Source of the DNA: Trichoplax sp. H2
Taxonomy: Eukaryota
Length of the DNA: 64,000 nucleotides
Direction of reading: 5' to 3'
Assembly (NCBI GenBank): GCA_003344405.1
Contig: NOWV01000103.1
Span: 186,001 to 250,000, forward strand
This document shows positions 51,273 through 64,000 of the stretch, one piece after another; position 1 is the stretch's first letter; every line of letters starts with the position of its first letter. Position numbers and translations under genes: made by a program. The notes beneath the pieces are model-generated. The model did no database searches, had not been told where the DNA came from, and saw only the letters and a list, made by a program, of their open reading frames with translations.

Positions 51273-54200
51273 TTACTCTTCTCGGTTTCCCACTAATCGT
51301 TGTACTCCGGTATCTCTTCTGGCTGGTGATCGCCTTTTAAATCCAACATCCATATTTAATTGGTTATCTTCTTGTCCAACTGATTGATCGCATACTCCCA
51401 TAAGTTTAACAATCATCACGGTGACGAGAATGCCACCGCTAATGCCCAATATAATGTAAAACATCACTTTTGCCATGGCTAAATCAGATGGACGATTAAT
51501 GGTAACATTGTAGATTTGATAGTAAATGAAAAGGAGCTGCAAGAGTAAATAATTTCCAATTTCAGCGACAACTTATTATTATTTAAGAATTAATTTTTGT
51601 GATTGTAATTTATATGAAATATCTTAATATCTATATTTTATGAGCTCTATTTTACAGATGTTAGAGCTTTTCACTATATCTAGATTGAATAAATCCTAGG
51701 TAACATGGTCGTTCGCTTATTTCAAATTACGATAAACGAATATCGTTGCTCAGGCAAGAATTTATAATATATTTTACTAGGCAATAAAATTTATTTTCTT
51801 AATTGCTAAAGCATTGCTAATAGATATTACTGTAATTGTGCTCCTCCTTTAATTAATTTCAAATTTTGAAATCAACATTATGGCTAAAATAACATCGATT
51901 GTACATCTGTGGCTGTATAAAATTAATATAGGTTATCCTTTATTCAATTTTTTCTGAATGATACGAGACTCTTTTAAATTCACTGTCGTAAATATATTTT
52001 AAATTTAATCCTTGAACGCCTTTGTAGTAGAATTTTTCGACTCATTATCATATTCAATTCTTGCAATATGTTTTCATATAATAGTATCACATATCTAATC
52101 CGTAAAACTTCGATAGCAGAAGTGCTTTTACTCTTTATCGTATTAATTCTTGTGATATATTTTTCATACAATGATGTCACATACTTAATTGGTTGATTCA
52201 AAAAAACCTCGATAGTAGAAATATTTCGCCTCTCTATCGTATTAAATTCTTGTGATATATTTTATATCATTATAATCAAATATTAGGTTCATCGTATATA
52301 TTGTTAAAGATATAACTTACGATAGCTAAAAGTGCAACTATGATAGAACCAGTGAGCCAGAAGATTAACATGCGAGGTCGGTTGTATTTGGCCATATTAC
52401 TTTCAATCCGTGTTCCCATACCTAAGGATGGAAATTATTCCTTAACTAGGATTTTACGTACATGAAGTACTTCTATTATTACGATCGCGTAATCCAGAAG
52501 TTTATCGACCAATATTTCTGCTCATAAAATTAAAATATGTTTTTTTATTTCGAATGCAGTGTGCTTACCGAAGACATAAGCTAGTGTCAATGACTGCAAA
52601 ATCAGCATGATGATTGACCAATCTTGTATTACCTTACCCATAGCAGTTAGAATATGATAGCCATTCTATTTTCGATCAAATAAACATGCAGCGGTTAACC
52701 ATTTATTATTGTGATATAGTTTGCCACAAATTAATTCCAGGTATGATTAATAATCCTACCTGAATTTCACAAAAAAGACTGAATCCTAAGACGACGTAAG
52801 ACAATATTAATCGAACTGGCCATTTATAGGCTCGCACTTTCTCCGGTAATTCGTCGTAAATGATAGAAGAAACAGTTTCCAATAGCATCGCCTAGAAAGA
52901 TTAATATTAGAAAAACATTTGATTGCGTTGTTGTGGATATCTACCTTATATGTGAATCTTTTGGGGTGACTTAATAGAGAAAATAGACAGTAGTTACAAT
53001 GTTGCAATTCAGTATGTTGGCGTCACTTAATATCATTGCATGCTATCTCTTGTTGAATATACTAACTAAAATGAATTGTTATCCAGGACTACCGCATATA
53101 TCATGCATTTTGGTAAATAATACATGGGTTTAAAGAGCATTTTCGGGTTATTATTATATGAAGCCAGTGACTGCTAAAATACCACCGCAGAGATTAGATT
53201 ACCATGTTAAAATAAATTTGTATTTTGAACGATCTGATGAAGTAAAATTCTTTTCAATAAAGCCTAATATATTAAGTACTGTAAAAAACAATAAATAAGC
53301 TACTAGATGAGCGTTTCACGATAGCTTGTAGAGAGTAAAATAATTCAAGATTATCATCAGAGTAAGCTATTACCAATCTTAAATATTCATTTGTCAGTTT
53401 AAAAGAACTGATAAATTCGTCATATCTAAAGATATTGGTGTATAACTAGCTGAAGAGTAAAGAACTCAAGTTCAGGTATAAGAAAGATTACTGTGGGTAC
53501 TGGAATAGAATATGCTTAACCATAATTTTAGAAAATTTTTGTCAATCTTCAATATCCGTTTATCATTTTTAAAGAGCTCTTAAACTTACCGTTCTAAAGG
53601 TATAAACGAACTATAATCTGCTGAATACTAAAAACTCAAATTCAGATATGAAAATGATTATCATAGATACTAGACTAGAATATCTTCATTTTATAAGAAT
53701 TATTAAACTAGCCATTCTAAGGATATAGGCATATTATAATCAATCGAATACTAAAGAATTCGAATTTAGATATAAGAATGTTTCGGGCACTATGGGTACT
53801 GGAATAAGATATATTATTCATAATTATAGGCTCTGGATTAGAATGCTACTTATAATTATAATTATCAAATTTCTTAAATTTTCAAGAGAATATTTGCGGC
53901 AAGCAAATATTCGAGCATTAAAAGAATCGATTCCTATCACAAAGAATTAAGTGTGATGCCACTAGTATGCTTAAGCATATCATTTTATCAATTTGAAATG
54001 TATGCCGTTGATAAAACTCTACCATTTGCTATATGTTTGGTAACATTGTATTAACAGTTAATAAATTATAGAAGCTACCTGAGTGCCAGCAGCAATTAGA
54101 ACAAATATAATATAATAAAATCCCAACCAATGAACCATTTCAGGAATAAAATTGGTAAAGATGGGTAGGATTATAAATAGCAAACCAATACCTAATAGTT

Positions 54201-57200
54201 ATACAGGATAAGATAATATTATTATTTTCACTTTTAGTATAGACAGTCATATTAGAAATTACATTATGCCTGAATGTAGGACATGAACTACGGTGTAATA
54301 CAAATAAAGTTTATAGATAGCTATGAAAAACTGTCACGGATATTGTGTAACTAATGTACATTGGCGATACAACTTTGGATAAATTAAAGACATACATCCA
54401 GGATGACGATGGTTTACCTTGATCCAGGTTTTGTAGCACAAATTTCAGTTGATTAGTCTGCTTGCCAATAAAGCCAACGTAAGCAAATATACAATAAGCC
54501 ACAAAAAATTGAAAAAATGCCACAATAGCGACTGTAATTAATGCGCTCCTAATTTTTGATAGATTAAAAAATAAATAAATATTCAGCTAAAAACATATCC
54601 ATGATAGATTAACACGTTTAATAGTAGTGAATTGTGGTAAAGCGAATATTTTTATACCAAAACGGATTAGTATTGGCTTTATTTCGATAGCCAAAATGGG
54701 CATAAGTACCATAGCCCACCGATAAAGTCCATATTGCATGAAGTCCAGCAATAGCCCATGTACTAGGCTGGAGCAAGTAGCTATAATGAGGTGTTACCAA
54801 ATATAAAATACCATCTCTTGCTCCATCTAAATCTTGAATGACGATAATCATCATGATGATAAATGCAAATGATAGAATGACAAGGAGGAAACCAAACTAA
54901 TTTAGAAGATTTGATAAAGATAAGAAATGAACTTTATGATATGTTGGGTAGCAGAAAAAGAAGTTAGTGAAAGGTCAATATCTTCAACTATATTATTACA
55001 TTACTTTTATAGTACAGATTTAATAGAGATAGAAATAGATGTAATGAAACGAATATCTTATTTTATTATTACTATCAAATTATCCGTAACAGTTTTTAGC
55101 TCCATAAATTGAAGGTAACTAAAATTGACCCATATTGACAGCAAAGTTAGACAGAATTATCCTTATTAAATTCAATTTAATGCAAATACTCGTACAGGAC
55201 ATAGGTGTATACTTGTAAATTGCAAAATATCAATAGTTTAATAGAAACTACGACTGTATAGCATTGGATTACTGTACTAATAGATATTTAGGTAGAGTCT
55301 ATAAGTGGGCGATTGTGCTTTAGAGAGTACTATTAGGAACAATGAGGGAAATAATTAATCTTATAATATGGAAATAGCTTATAGAACATACAAATCGCAA
55401 AGATCTCAGGCCAACTAACATGATTACAAATGTAATCAACCACGCGATCAATGAGCAGGCCACTAGCGATGGAATTAATGAGCCAAGTTGATTAGGAGCA
55501 GGAGTACCTTCGAAGGCATAATTTCTTAAAAATATGCAAATAATAGACCAGAGCAACGAATTAGAATATGGTGTGTAGATTTTACTAGTAAAACCTAAAG
55601 AACTGTTACGATGATGATGAAATAGATCAGACACTGAATATTCGAAAGTGACAAGATACAAGGTTCGTCAAATAGAGATATAGCGTCTACATAGCACGCT
55701 GTAGCTCTCAAGTAAAAGGGTTGCTATAGTAGATATATGATTGGCAGGTATTTGAAAGTGATATGCTATCGGAAAAGGCGAATAATGCAGCCTAGAGACC
55801 ATAATGAACCCGTGAGTAACAGGTATTCAAAGATGATCCGATAGCATAAATAGAAGGATCTCTCCAAGGCATAGCTTTCAGATTTACAGAAATATTAGAC
55901 ATGTGAACAACAGGTATTTGAAGGTAATGATCATAAGATTATCTCTCAGTAAATTTTTTTTAATTATAAACATCTGCGAAAAATTTATACAATCGAGATA
56001 GAAAGAATACTAAACGTTCTATCCTAGCATTCAATTTTAATACCATGCTGTTTCTTACCTGAAAAATTCAGCTTCTGCTAAATTGGACATCAAACCTTTG
56101 TACTGAGGGCATGGTATTAATGGTGTTACTGGAGTAGTTGTGATGTTGGATAAATTACCTACAGGTGTTGAATTCATCACTGTCGCTGCTTGTGTTGTAG
56201 GTAGAGTAGTTGGTAGCATGGTCATAGAAACGTTGCTTGGTAGAGTTGCATTGGGTAGACAGGAAAAATTGTACGATACTGTACAATTTGGTGAATTCCA
56301 AGTATTGTTACATGTTGAAATATTAAAGGTATTAGCATTGACTAAATAGAAGTAATAAAGGGCATAGGACATATTTGCGAAATAATATGCCATGGTAAAT
56401 AAGCCAAATAAGCAATATAAAAATCCAAGACCTAGATATGATTTCAATGTAGAGAAACATGTTAAGAGAATTTGCTTTTACCTACTAATAACATTACGAT
56501 ATCATTAGTATACATCTAGTTTGAAATATTGGTTATTTGTTTAAAATCATATTGACGCCCATAATACTTAGAAACTATATTATGCTTGAATATAGTATTT
56601 AATATTAGCTTAAGTGTAAGATTACACTAATCTTTTACGCTAATGAATCATGGTATGGCTTCAGTTAGGCCCATCTACGCTGAATTATTTAGTGATTAAT
56701 GGATATTACCCTAGGTATAACATTTGAAGAATGAGTAAATCATAACCTACTTCTATTAGCTTTTAAGGCTGAGTATGTATTAATAAAATGTTGATATTAG
56801 CTCGGTATAATACTAACAATTTATAATTTCTTCTGATGCTGGCCAATTTTCTAAAGTATCGATCTTAATTTAAGCAATATTATACTGCTATAATATTTAA
56901 TATTGATAAATTATCATATTTGGCGTCAATTCGTGGTTTAAAATGCTATACCATTAACTTGCCAAAAAATAATTGAGTCAAATTTTGACACTATGATAGG
57001 CACTTTCTAGCCATTTATTAATTTTTGGCGATACCTTTCATCGGTGGTAATAACTTATTCCAAGCTTGTAATGGTCCTAGCTTGGTGATTTGCCCAATTA
57101 ATGTTTCCAGATAAACTGAAAATACACCTAGAATGATCATTGCTAGGAAATATGGGATAAAGAAAGCACCTGCAAAATGTAGAGTTTGTAAAAGGCATTT

Positions 57201-57495
57201 AAGATGCTTTTAAAATACTTATAATGCAGAAATAAATAGTAAATATGAACAAATATCATCAAGAAATAGCTGTACTTAAGATTAACAATCATACAGTAAA
57301 ATTAAATACAAGTTGCTAAGACAGTGGAACTCTAATTAATTCTGTATGAAAAATGCAGTAGTGATTACCTCCTCCATAATACATGCAGTAATGAGGAAAT
57401 CGTAGCATAGTATCTATATTAACGGCAAAAGTGACTATCGCCATCTGATAGCCTGCTCGAAATCCAAACGATTGTCCTCTTGTATTTTCATCCAT
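51273..57495 (-). CDS. Divergent SLC6 / neurotransmitter:sodium symporter family transporter, 11 coding exons
   Basis: RFPHYCMYYGG|GAFFIPY...LETLIGQ...GPLQAWNKLLPPMK|GLG; EL2 CNNTWNSPNC; AEAEFFR; LDGARDGILYLVTP...W; multiple TM exons; stop at 51273. Approximate exons: 57369-57495, 57035-57169, 56059-56431, 55393-55524, 54657-54895, 54419-54548, 54079-54191, 52760-52891, 52568-52665, 52321-52401, 51273-51536. Confidence 0.9.
52100..52263. repeat. Short diverged intronic tandem duplication (about 98-bp period)
   Basis: aaaacttcgatagcagaag...tatcgtattaattcttgtgatatattttt vs aaaacctcgatagtagaaa...tatcgtattaaattcttgtgatatattttt. Confidence 0.75.
53400..53830. repeat. Diverged intronic repeat, 2-3 copies
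   Basis: tgggtactggaata at about 53494 and 53793; gaatactaaa(a/g)aa..c.aatt.agatat recurs at about 53623 and 53746. Confidence 0.6.
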
Positions 57496-60400
57496 GTTAT
57501 ACTGTCTTTGATCCTAAAAGACGAGTAAATTAGATCAGGAACGATTGGTATTATTCTGGCTAAAGGAGCATAGGGCAGGATAGCTATAAATTAAATCGTC
57601 TGAATACCGTAACTTAGTTACTGATTATATATTACTATTAACTTGCAGTTAAGTTACTATCTTTCATGACAACCTAAACTGGTCGTAGAATAACTGTAGA
57701 TTTTATTGCAATAATACCTTATACCGTAGCTATCTTTCTTTATTGATGGCAAATTAAATTAGTTAAATAATATGGAATAGCTAGAGATTCTATTTCATCA
57801 ATATTTTGTAGTGATGGATCTTTATCGTATAACAAATGTTACGACTGTATTGGTAAACTTTTCCATCTTGAAATGCTAAAAGTTAATCTGTGGTCAGGAT
57901 TTTAATTTAGTCAAGCATATACGAGTAATGTAGCAAAAACACTGCTATCAGAGATGTAAGATAATTTTTAAAATATATGAAATTAACATAGAATGATAAA
58001 TGAACACGCTATCTCGATTTATCATGATTTAAGCTGATCAAGCTGATTTCTCTTACTGAATGGTAAAACTTCTTGAAAATGGAAGGTTAGGCAAACCTTT
58101 AACTATACTGTAAAAGTGAGTTAGATTAGATTAAAGTGCAATCTTTGCTTAAAACTATGGCTGTATAATATAGTATAGTTCGCCAACTAAGCAGAAATTT
58201 AGATATTTTGTTTTACTAAAAAGTATGAAAGGTTGGGATACAAGGGAAAAATTTCGATCAAATGGGAATAAAGTTAGGATAGAAGAATAAGGAGAAGATT
58301 GCAATAGCAATTGTAACTATAGTTTTTCCTTCCATTTACTTTCCCTTGATTGCTATTTAAATAAATTAAATGAAATCAATAAAGCTTAGATAGGTACAAT
58401 AGATATTCTTATTCGATTTAAGGGATAAAATCTTGATCTTATTGATGTACCGTAATTAAAGAAAACTAAGTAAGATTCCTGTGAAAATGAAGCCCTACGG
58501 TAGTATTTTACGATATCTGGTATATAATTTTAAAATGATAAAAAAATGAACAAGTGTATGGGAAAGTAAATTTAGTAAGCCTTAATCATTTCTGGCTAAG
58601 AGTGTTCGCTTATTTGAGCCTTTAGCAGATGGAAATACTTAATAAGAAATAAATTGATAGCGGAATTCCGTTTTATCTAATAGATTCGTAAAGATGATGA
58701 GGAAAGGAAAATAAATTGCCAAGCCGCATTGATTCTAAAGGAAAGAGTTATCTTCTATGATGTATAATGGATAAATATAGTTATTAAGAAATCATTACAA
58801 CAGATTTCCGCCAAATTTATTATAAAAATGAAAGGGAAGAGGATGTCAACTGGATAGAAATCATGTTGATTCTAAGTAAGATTCCTATTTTTTTAATTAA
58901 GAAATGAGTGAAATGATGGCTAAAAGTTAAGAGGAGAATAATTTTAGTAAAATTATTATTCCTTTATCTTATAGTCTCATCTTAAGTCATAAATTAGATA
59001 AAAGCTCTCGTTAAGAGTTAAGTGAGCATTTCATTTTCTTTGATCACTTAATAGGCAATAAATACTATTAAGCGGTGTAATACGGCAGACTATATCTTAT
59101 TCTCTATTAGTTTACTAACTCACAATAAAGTTAGACCTACGAAAACTAAAGATAAAAATCTGCTTTATTACAATATTTAAAAAAGTCCGTGTAAGCTAGT
59201 CTATATTAGCAAAACAGTAAAACACGCGATACTATCTCTAAACTTCTACGATTTCTATCTCTTAATCAAATCAACATAGAAAGTGTATTAGGGTGAAGGA
59301 AATTGAATAAAATCATATTTATTCTGCGGTAAGGGTCCCTTTTAATCATAGAACAGGCGAAAAAATGGATGGAAAAGAGCTCCATAAAGAAATTTTGTAG
59401 CATCAATTATAAGAAGGGTTTGGAAGAAAACGTAAATTGGACTGAAATAGACGAAAAAGTTATAAAAAATAATCCTACGACATAACTCTGTTCTATTTTC
59501 TGTCAAGAAGTCAAAGAAGAAAAATAATTCCGGCTAAAATCATATTTATTGGAGATGAAAAATCTCAGTTTATTAGTCTATAACTATGCCTTATAAATTC
59601 AAGGACGATAAATTTAGTTTATATTTTAGAAGTATCTATCTTCAATATCTTACGGTATAAAATCAGGGAGTATACGGAAAAATGTTGGAAATTGAATCTC
59701 AAATGGATTAAAAATTATCCGTTAAGTAATATCGTAATATAACGCAAAGATCTCGACGGTTTAATGGCTTATAATAATTAAAATGATTAGAAACTTGATG
59801 ATAGATTGTTTTGGATATCGCTTATTGGATATAATCGTTAAATTATTCTCTTCCTTTTTCATAACTCAAGACAATATTCCGATGCCGACTAAATTAGCTC
59901 TACATTTACCTTAAATAAAAAGATTGGCCAAAAATAAACAGCTACAAAATGAAAAATATGTCAATAAATTTAATAGTTACTACTACTGAGATTCTACATC
60001 ATTTATCCTTTTATCACCTATTAGTAATTACAGATTTTAATTTTTTCTAAATCGGCAGATTAGAAAAATGATCGGATAACCTAGAAGCAAAATTTGAGGC
60101 AAAAATTGATCGCTAATTGTAGTAGAATTGGTTAATTAATAAAGGATAGCAATTAAAAAGTGCCAATTTACTCTAAATGGACAGGTTAAAGAAACTGGTA
60201 ATAAGGTAGAATTTGAGCGACTTGAAGCAAGATTCGTCGCTATCAATAGAAAAATGCAAATAATATAGAGTAAAGAGAGGATCAACTATTGAAAAAGGTC
60301 TTTAATTAATATGTCTAGGAGCTACTAGGAACACATTACTAATCTTTTACGGAAATCTTTTATGAAAGTGCCTGTATGCTTTACAAGTCTTTATACCGCA

Positions 60401-60796
60401 GTCAATGGGTAGATTAATCTTGCTCCACAGTTGAGTTTCTTCATGGAACATGGATGGGAATTCAAGGTTATAAATGATAAAGTGCGAATTACATCAACTA
60501 AGGGACAACTAACTATGGCAGAAGAAATTATCTAACAGACTTTAGAATAATTTAAGTGTCTGTAGTGCTTTACCAGTCTGTAGATGTTCAATATAAGTTG
60601 TTTAAAATGATCAGATAATCCAGGAGTAGAGTTTCTAGGAGTAATTTTGATATCAGTATGCAAATAATGTCGGCTAAAATGACAATAATTTCCGGTGAAG
60701 TGGCCAGTAAACGAGTTTGAAAATTTTTAGACGAAAGAAAAACCTTCCCTAGAATATTTGCTTTCAAAAGTGATCCAACATTGAATCCGTTGTAGT

Positions 60797-61012
60797 AGAC
60801 ATAAATCAGTTTTTAGAGTCTTTCTTTGTAGATTCAAATGCTATATGAATATTGTAATAGTACAGTAGAAATGGATGATATAAAGATAACACTAAACTAG
60901 CATTTGAACTAATTTACAGTAAGACATAAAATCAGCTTTTTAGAATCCTTCTTTCTGGATTGGAATGGTATACAGATATTGTAATAATACAGTAGAAATG
61001 TATAATGTAAAG
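60797..61012. repeat. Diverged tandem duplication, about 125-bp period
   Basis: agacataaatcagtttttagagtc...atattgtaatagtacagtagaaatg recurs as agacataaaatcagctttttagaatc...atattgtaataatacagtagaaatg. Confidence 0.75.
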
Positions 61013-61278
61013 GCCCTATTAAGGATTCATTATCTCGATGGTAGTAAATGGGAATAAAACCTACTGATCTATTCTATCAAAGCCATTAGTTAGGATATTC
61101 AAAAATTTTTAATTTAGAAATGCAAACCCTTATCCTGTTATTGATCTTTAAAAAATTAATAATAAAATAAGTTAAGCGTGGGTATCAAGGTGTAAGATCT
61201 TGATTAATATTTGCCCTTAAATTGAGAATACTGTAAAATTACCGCACCATACCATACCATTTGAATTAGACATTATGA

Positions 61279-61894
61279 AGATCTACATAGGCACTTTTCA
61301 TCATAGATAGCAATAAATACATTTATTTGATGTGGGATATGAGGTCTTGTAAAATTCGTTCAGTCAATATACCGAGAAATTTTTAATGCGAAAATAAATT
61401 ATTCATTGCGATATTTATTCACTGGTGTTGTAAATCAATGCTAAGTAAGGTATAGAAGCAAAAATCGAGATTTTTAAAGTCTACATAGAAATATTATAGA
61501 AATAAAATAGAAATAATCGAGTTGGATCGATATCACCCAGGATTTATCATTATTGGTTAGCATAGTATCAGAAATTAATTGAATACTATGTAGATCTACA
61601 TAGGGACTTAACATATATACCGGTATCTATCATCATGAATAGCAATAAATACAATCATTTGATGTAGAGCCAAGATGAGTTCTCGTAAAAATTTATTCAG
61701 TCAATATACCGAAAATTTTTTAGGGCAGAAATAAATCATTCATTTGAATATTGATCTATAGGAGGTAAAATCATTGCTATGTACGGTATAGAAACAAGAG
61801 CCGCCACTTTAAAAATTCTGGATAGAAATATTACATGATTAAAAAATAGTCGAGGTGGGTTAATATCATCCAGATTTTATCATTATTGATAGCA
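61279..61894. repeat. Diverged tandem duplication, about 310-bp period
   Basis: agatctacatagg...atagcaataaataca...ttcagtcaatataccga...atagaaatatta...tttatcattattg occurs twice, colinear. Confidence 0.8.
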
Positions 61895-62199
61895 ATCAAT
61901 GCAAATAGTTTGGCTAAAAAGTGATTGGCTAATTAGTCAAGGAATTCTCAATATGGGAATGAAATTAATCGACAATAATCTTTAAGAATCAATAAAATGA
62001 TAACTGGAAATAAAGTAGGTACGGTTATATCTGGAGGAGAAGATTACGTCGAATTTTTTTCTCTATCAAGAATGATATAGATGATTGCAGAATAAATCAT
62101 ATTGATATCACAATCAAGAGGACTAGTTGAGTATGATGTTGAAATATTATCGTTGGCCGAGTAGAACTTTTAAATTAAATAAACGATCGATGCACTTAC

Positions 62200-62310
62200 C
62201 TTCTTTCTCAAATAAAATCAAGTTGAAGAGCTTCTCTACAGAATAATTGGCAACGAATTGTAGAAGGAAAGGTGGCCAAAATGGGGCTTTCGACCAGCGT
62301 CGTAATCAAT
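62200..62310 (-). other. Probable non-coding 5'UTR exon of the SLC6 gene
   Basis: Strong donor AG|GTAAGT at 62200/62199 in a GC-raised patch. The first coding exon has an acceptor (cttttag) 18 nt upstream of the ATG. An in-frame stop argues that the exon is non-coding. Confidence 0.4.
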
Positions 62311-62699
62311 CAAAGATGTTGATCGATTAAAATGATATAGGATAATATAGTCAAGTTGATTAATAAAGAACGATATTGATTAGGAGGGAGGGGTGGATTA
62401 GAATTAATTTTATTTGGTAAATTACATGTCTTTCTTCTATTTAAAATTATACTTTTGTTATGATAGCCAAGCCTAACTTTGCGATATAGACATGAACAAT
62501 AACGGGATAAAGACAAGGAAGTCGTGATGGATAAAAAGAGAATGTCAACGATTGTAAAGGGTTGACAGGGTTGGAACCCCTCTAGATTACGTTATCATCA
62601 ACATTGATGATATGATTGAAAATGAAAATGACTTTGCCGAATTCAATACTAGTCAAGTAAACAATCATTAAGCAAATAACAACATCAACAAAAATAACA

Positions 62700-63850
62700 A
62701 TTCAACGATATCGATTCATGTAGTAAATTTTTCTTATCTTCCAGTTTTGATGGCGATAAGAGCATTGTATTTCAAATATCTTGATTGCTATAATGTTATC
62801 TACTGTAGTATAGATGATATCCTCTACTATGGATAACAATCAAATAATATCATCTCGATATAATTTCGTTTTCTTATCTATTGAGACAAAGATAAGAGAA
62901 TCATTTTTATGCAGTTTAGATGTGATGTTATCTTTGGGCGATAATCTACTCCATTATCAATAATAATTTGGCAATATCATTTTCCTTTTCTGTTTTTATG
63001 AGAATGTGAGAATGATTTTATACTCGTATCTTGAATGCTATCATGTTATCTAGTGCAGCTAGGTTGAATGATGTGCTTAAGAACAAAAATTAAACAATAT
63101 CATTCATGTAACTTCATTTCCCTTTAATAACGAGGAAAGAATGATTTTCGCAGATTCTTGTATTGATTACGATAGTGTTATCATATAGGAGTGATATCCT
63201 AAATCATGAAGAACAGAAATCAAACAAAATTTTTTCATGAATTTTCAATTTTACTTACATCCTGATAACGAAATGATTATTACTTTATTTTTATACTTTT
63301 AGTTAAGACAATACTATCTAGTAGAAATATCTACTTATTCCTTACATACGATCGAGTAGAAATTTCAATTTTCTTTACATTCTGATAGCGATGTGATTAT
63401 TTATTTTCTATACTTTTAGTTGAGACAATGTTATCTAGCAAAAACGACTAGATAATATCTTTCCATACAGTTTTCATTTTTTCTAATGTACTTATTCTGT
63501 TAGAATTTCAATAACAATAAGGAAATCGTTTTGCGTATTTTGATTAAAAGACAATCTAGCAGCAATGATTCAATCACAAATAAAGGTATCCATCGATATT
63601 GAAATCATGTAGATAGAAATGGTTAACAAAATGGACTTATTTTTATGATTTTTCATTTAACTCTTAGCTATTTACTAGTAATAAGGTAATAACCTGAAAT
63701 GTGAACTACATTGATAAGATGGATGGATACTGGAATCAATCCAAAATTAAACATCTACGATAACAAATATATTTTATGATTTTTCCTAATTCATTCACAA
63801 TATTATCTAGTAAGAATGATTTATTTAGCGATGAATAACGTCGGTGAGAT
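62700..63850. repeat. Old, highly diverged tandem array, unit about 120-135 bp
   Basis: Anchor TGTTATCT or a variant at 62794, 62926, 63044, 63176, 63312 and 63429 (spacings 132/118/132/136/117). Units at about 63243-63362 and 63363-63470 are clearly alignable. Confidence 0.7.
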
Positions 63851-64000
63851 ATAGGAGTATTTAAGTCAATGTAAAATAAAGAATTAATTAAATTTTATTG
63901 ATCCTGTTATATTAATCCTAGGAAACTTTGGCATCATACTATGCATAGATTTGCGATATTCATAGCGCCTATGTTGAAATAGGAAGGAAGTTATGTCATT

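Overview
AT-rich (roughly one-third GC by eye), intron-dense eukaryotic DNA from an animal. The compact genes, short GT-AG introns and vertebrate-like gene set suggest an early-branching metazoan such as the placozoan Trichoplax (inference). I could splice eight protein-coding genes by hand: nicalin (-), RIIAD1 (-, not recovered by the ORF track), an intronless NAGLU (-), MYBBP1A (+), NDUFA13 (-), casein kinase I gamma (+), centlein (+) and a highly atypical SLC6 transporter (-). Most entries in the ORF track are exon fragments or spurious ORFs. Most notable: (1) palindromic CAGTA/TACTG pentamer arrays cluster upstream of nearly every gene and look like a promoter signature; (2) tandemly duplicated fold-back units sit beside these arrays, one with G-U-compatible differences between copies; (3) the SLC6 has lost most canonical Na+/Cl- ligands and carries a mucin-like EL2; (4) NAGLU is intronless and shares an E-box-containing bidirectional promoter with MYBBP1A. 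Two 20-N gaps are flanked by haplotype duplications (assembly artefacts). No rRNA, tRNA, CRISPR or intact transposon was recognised.
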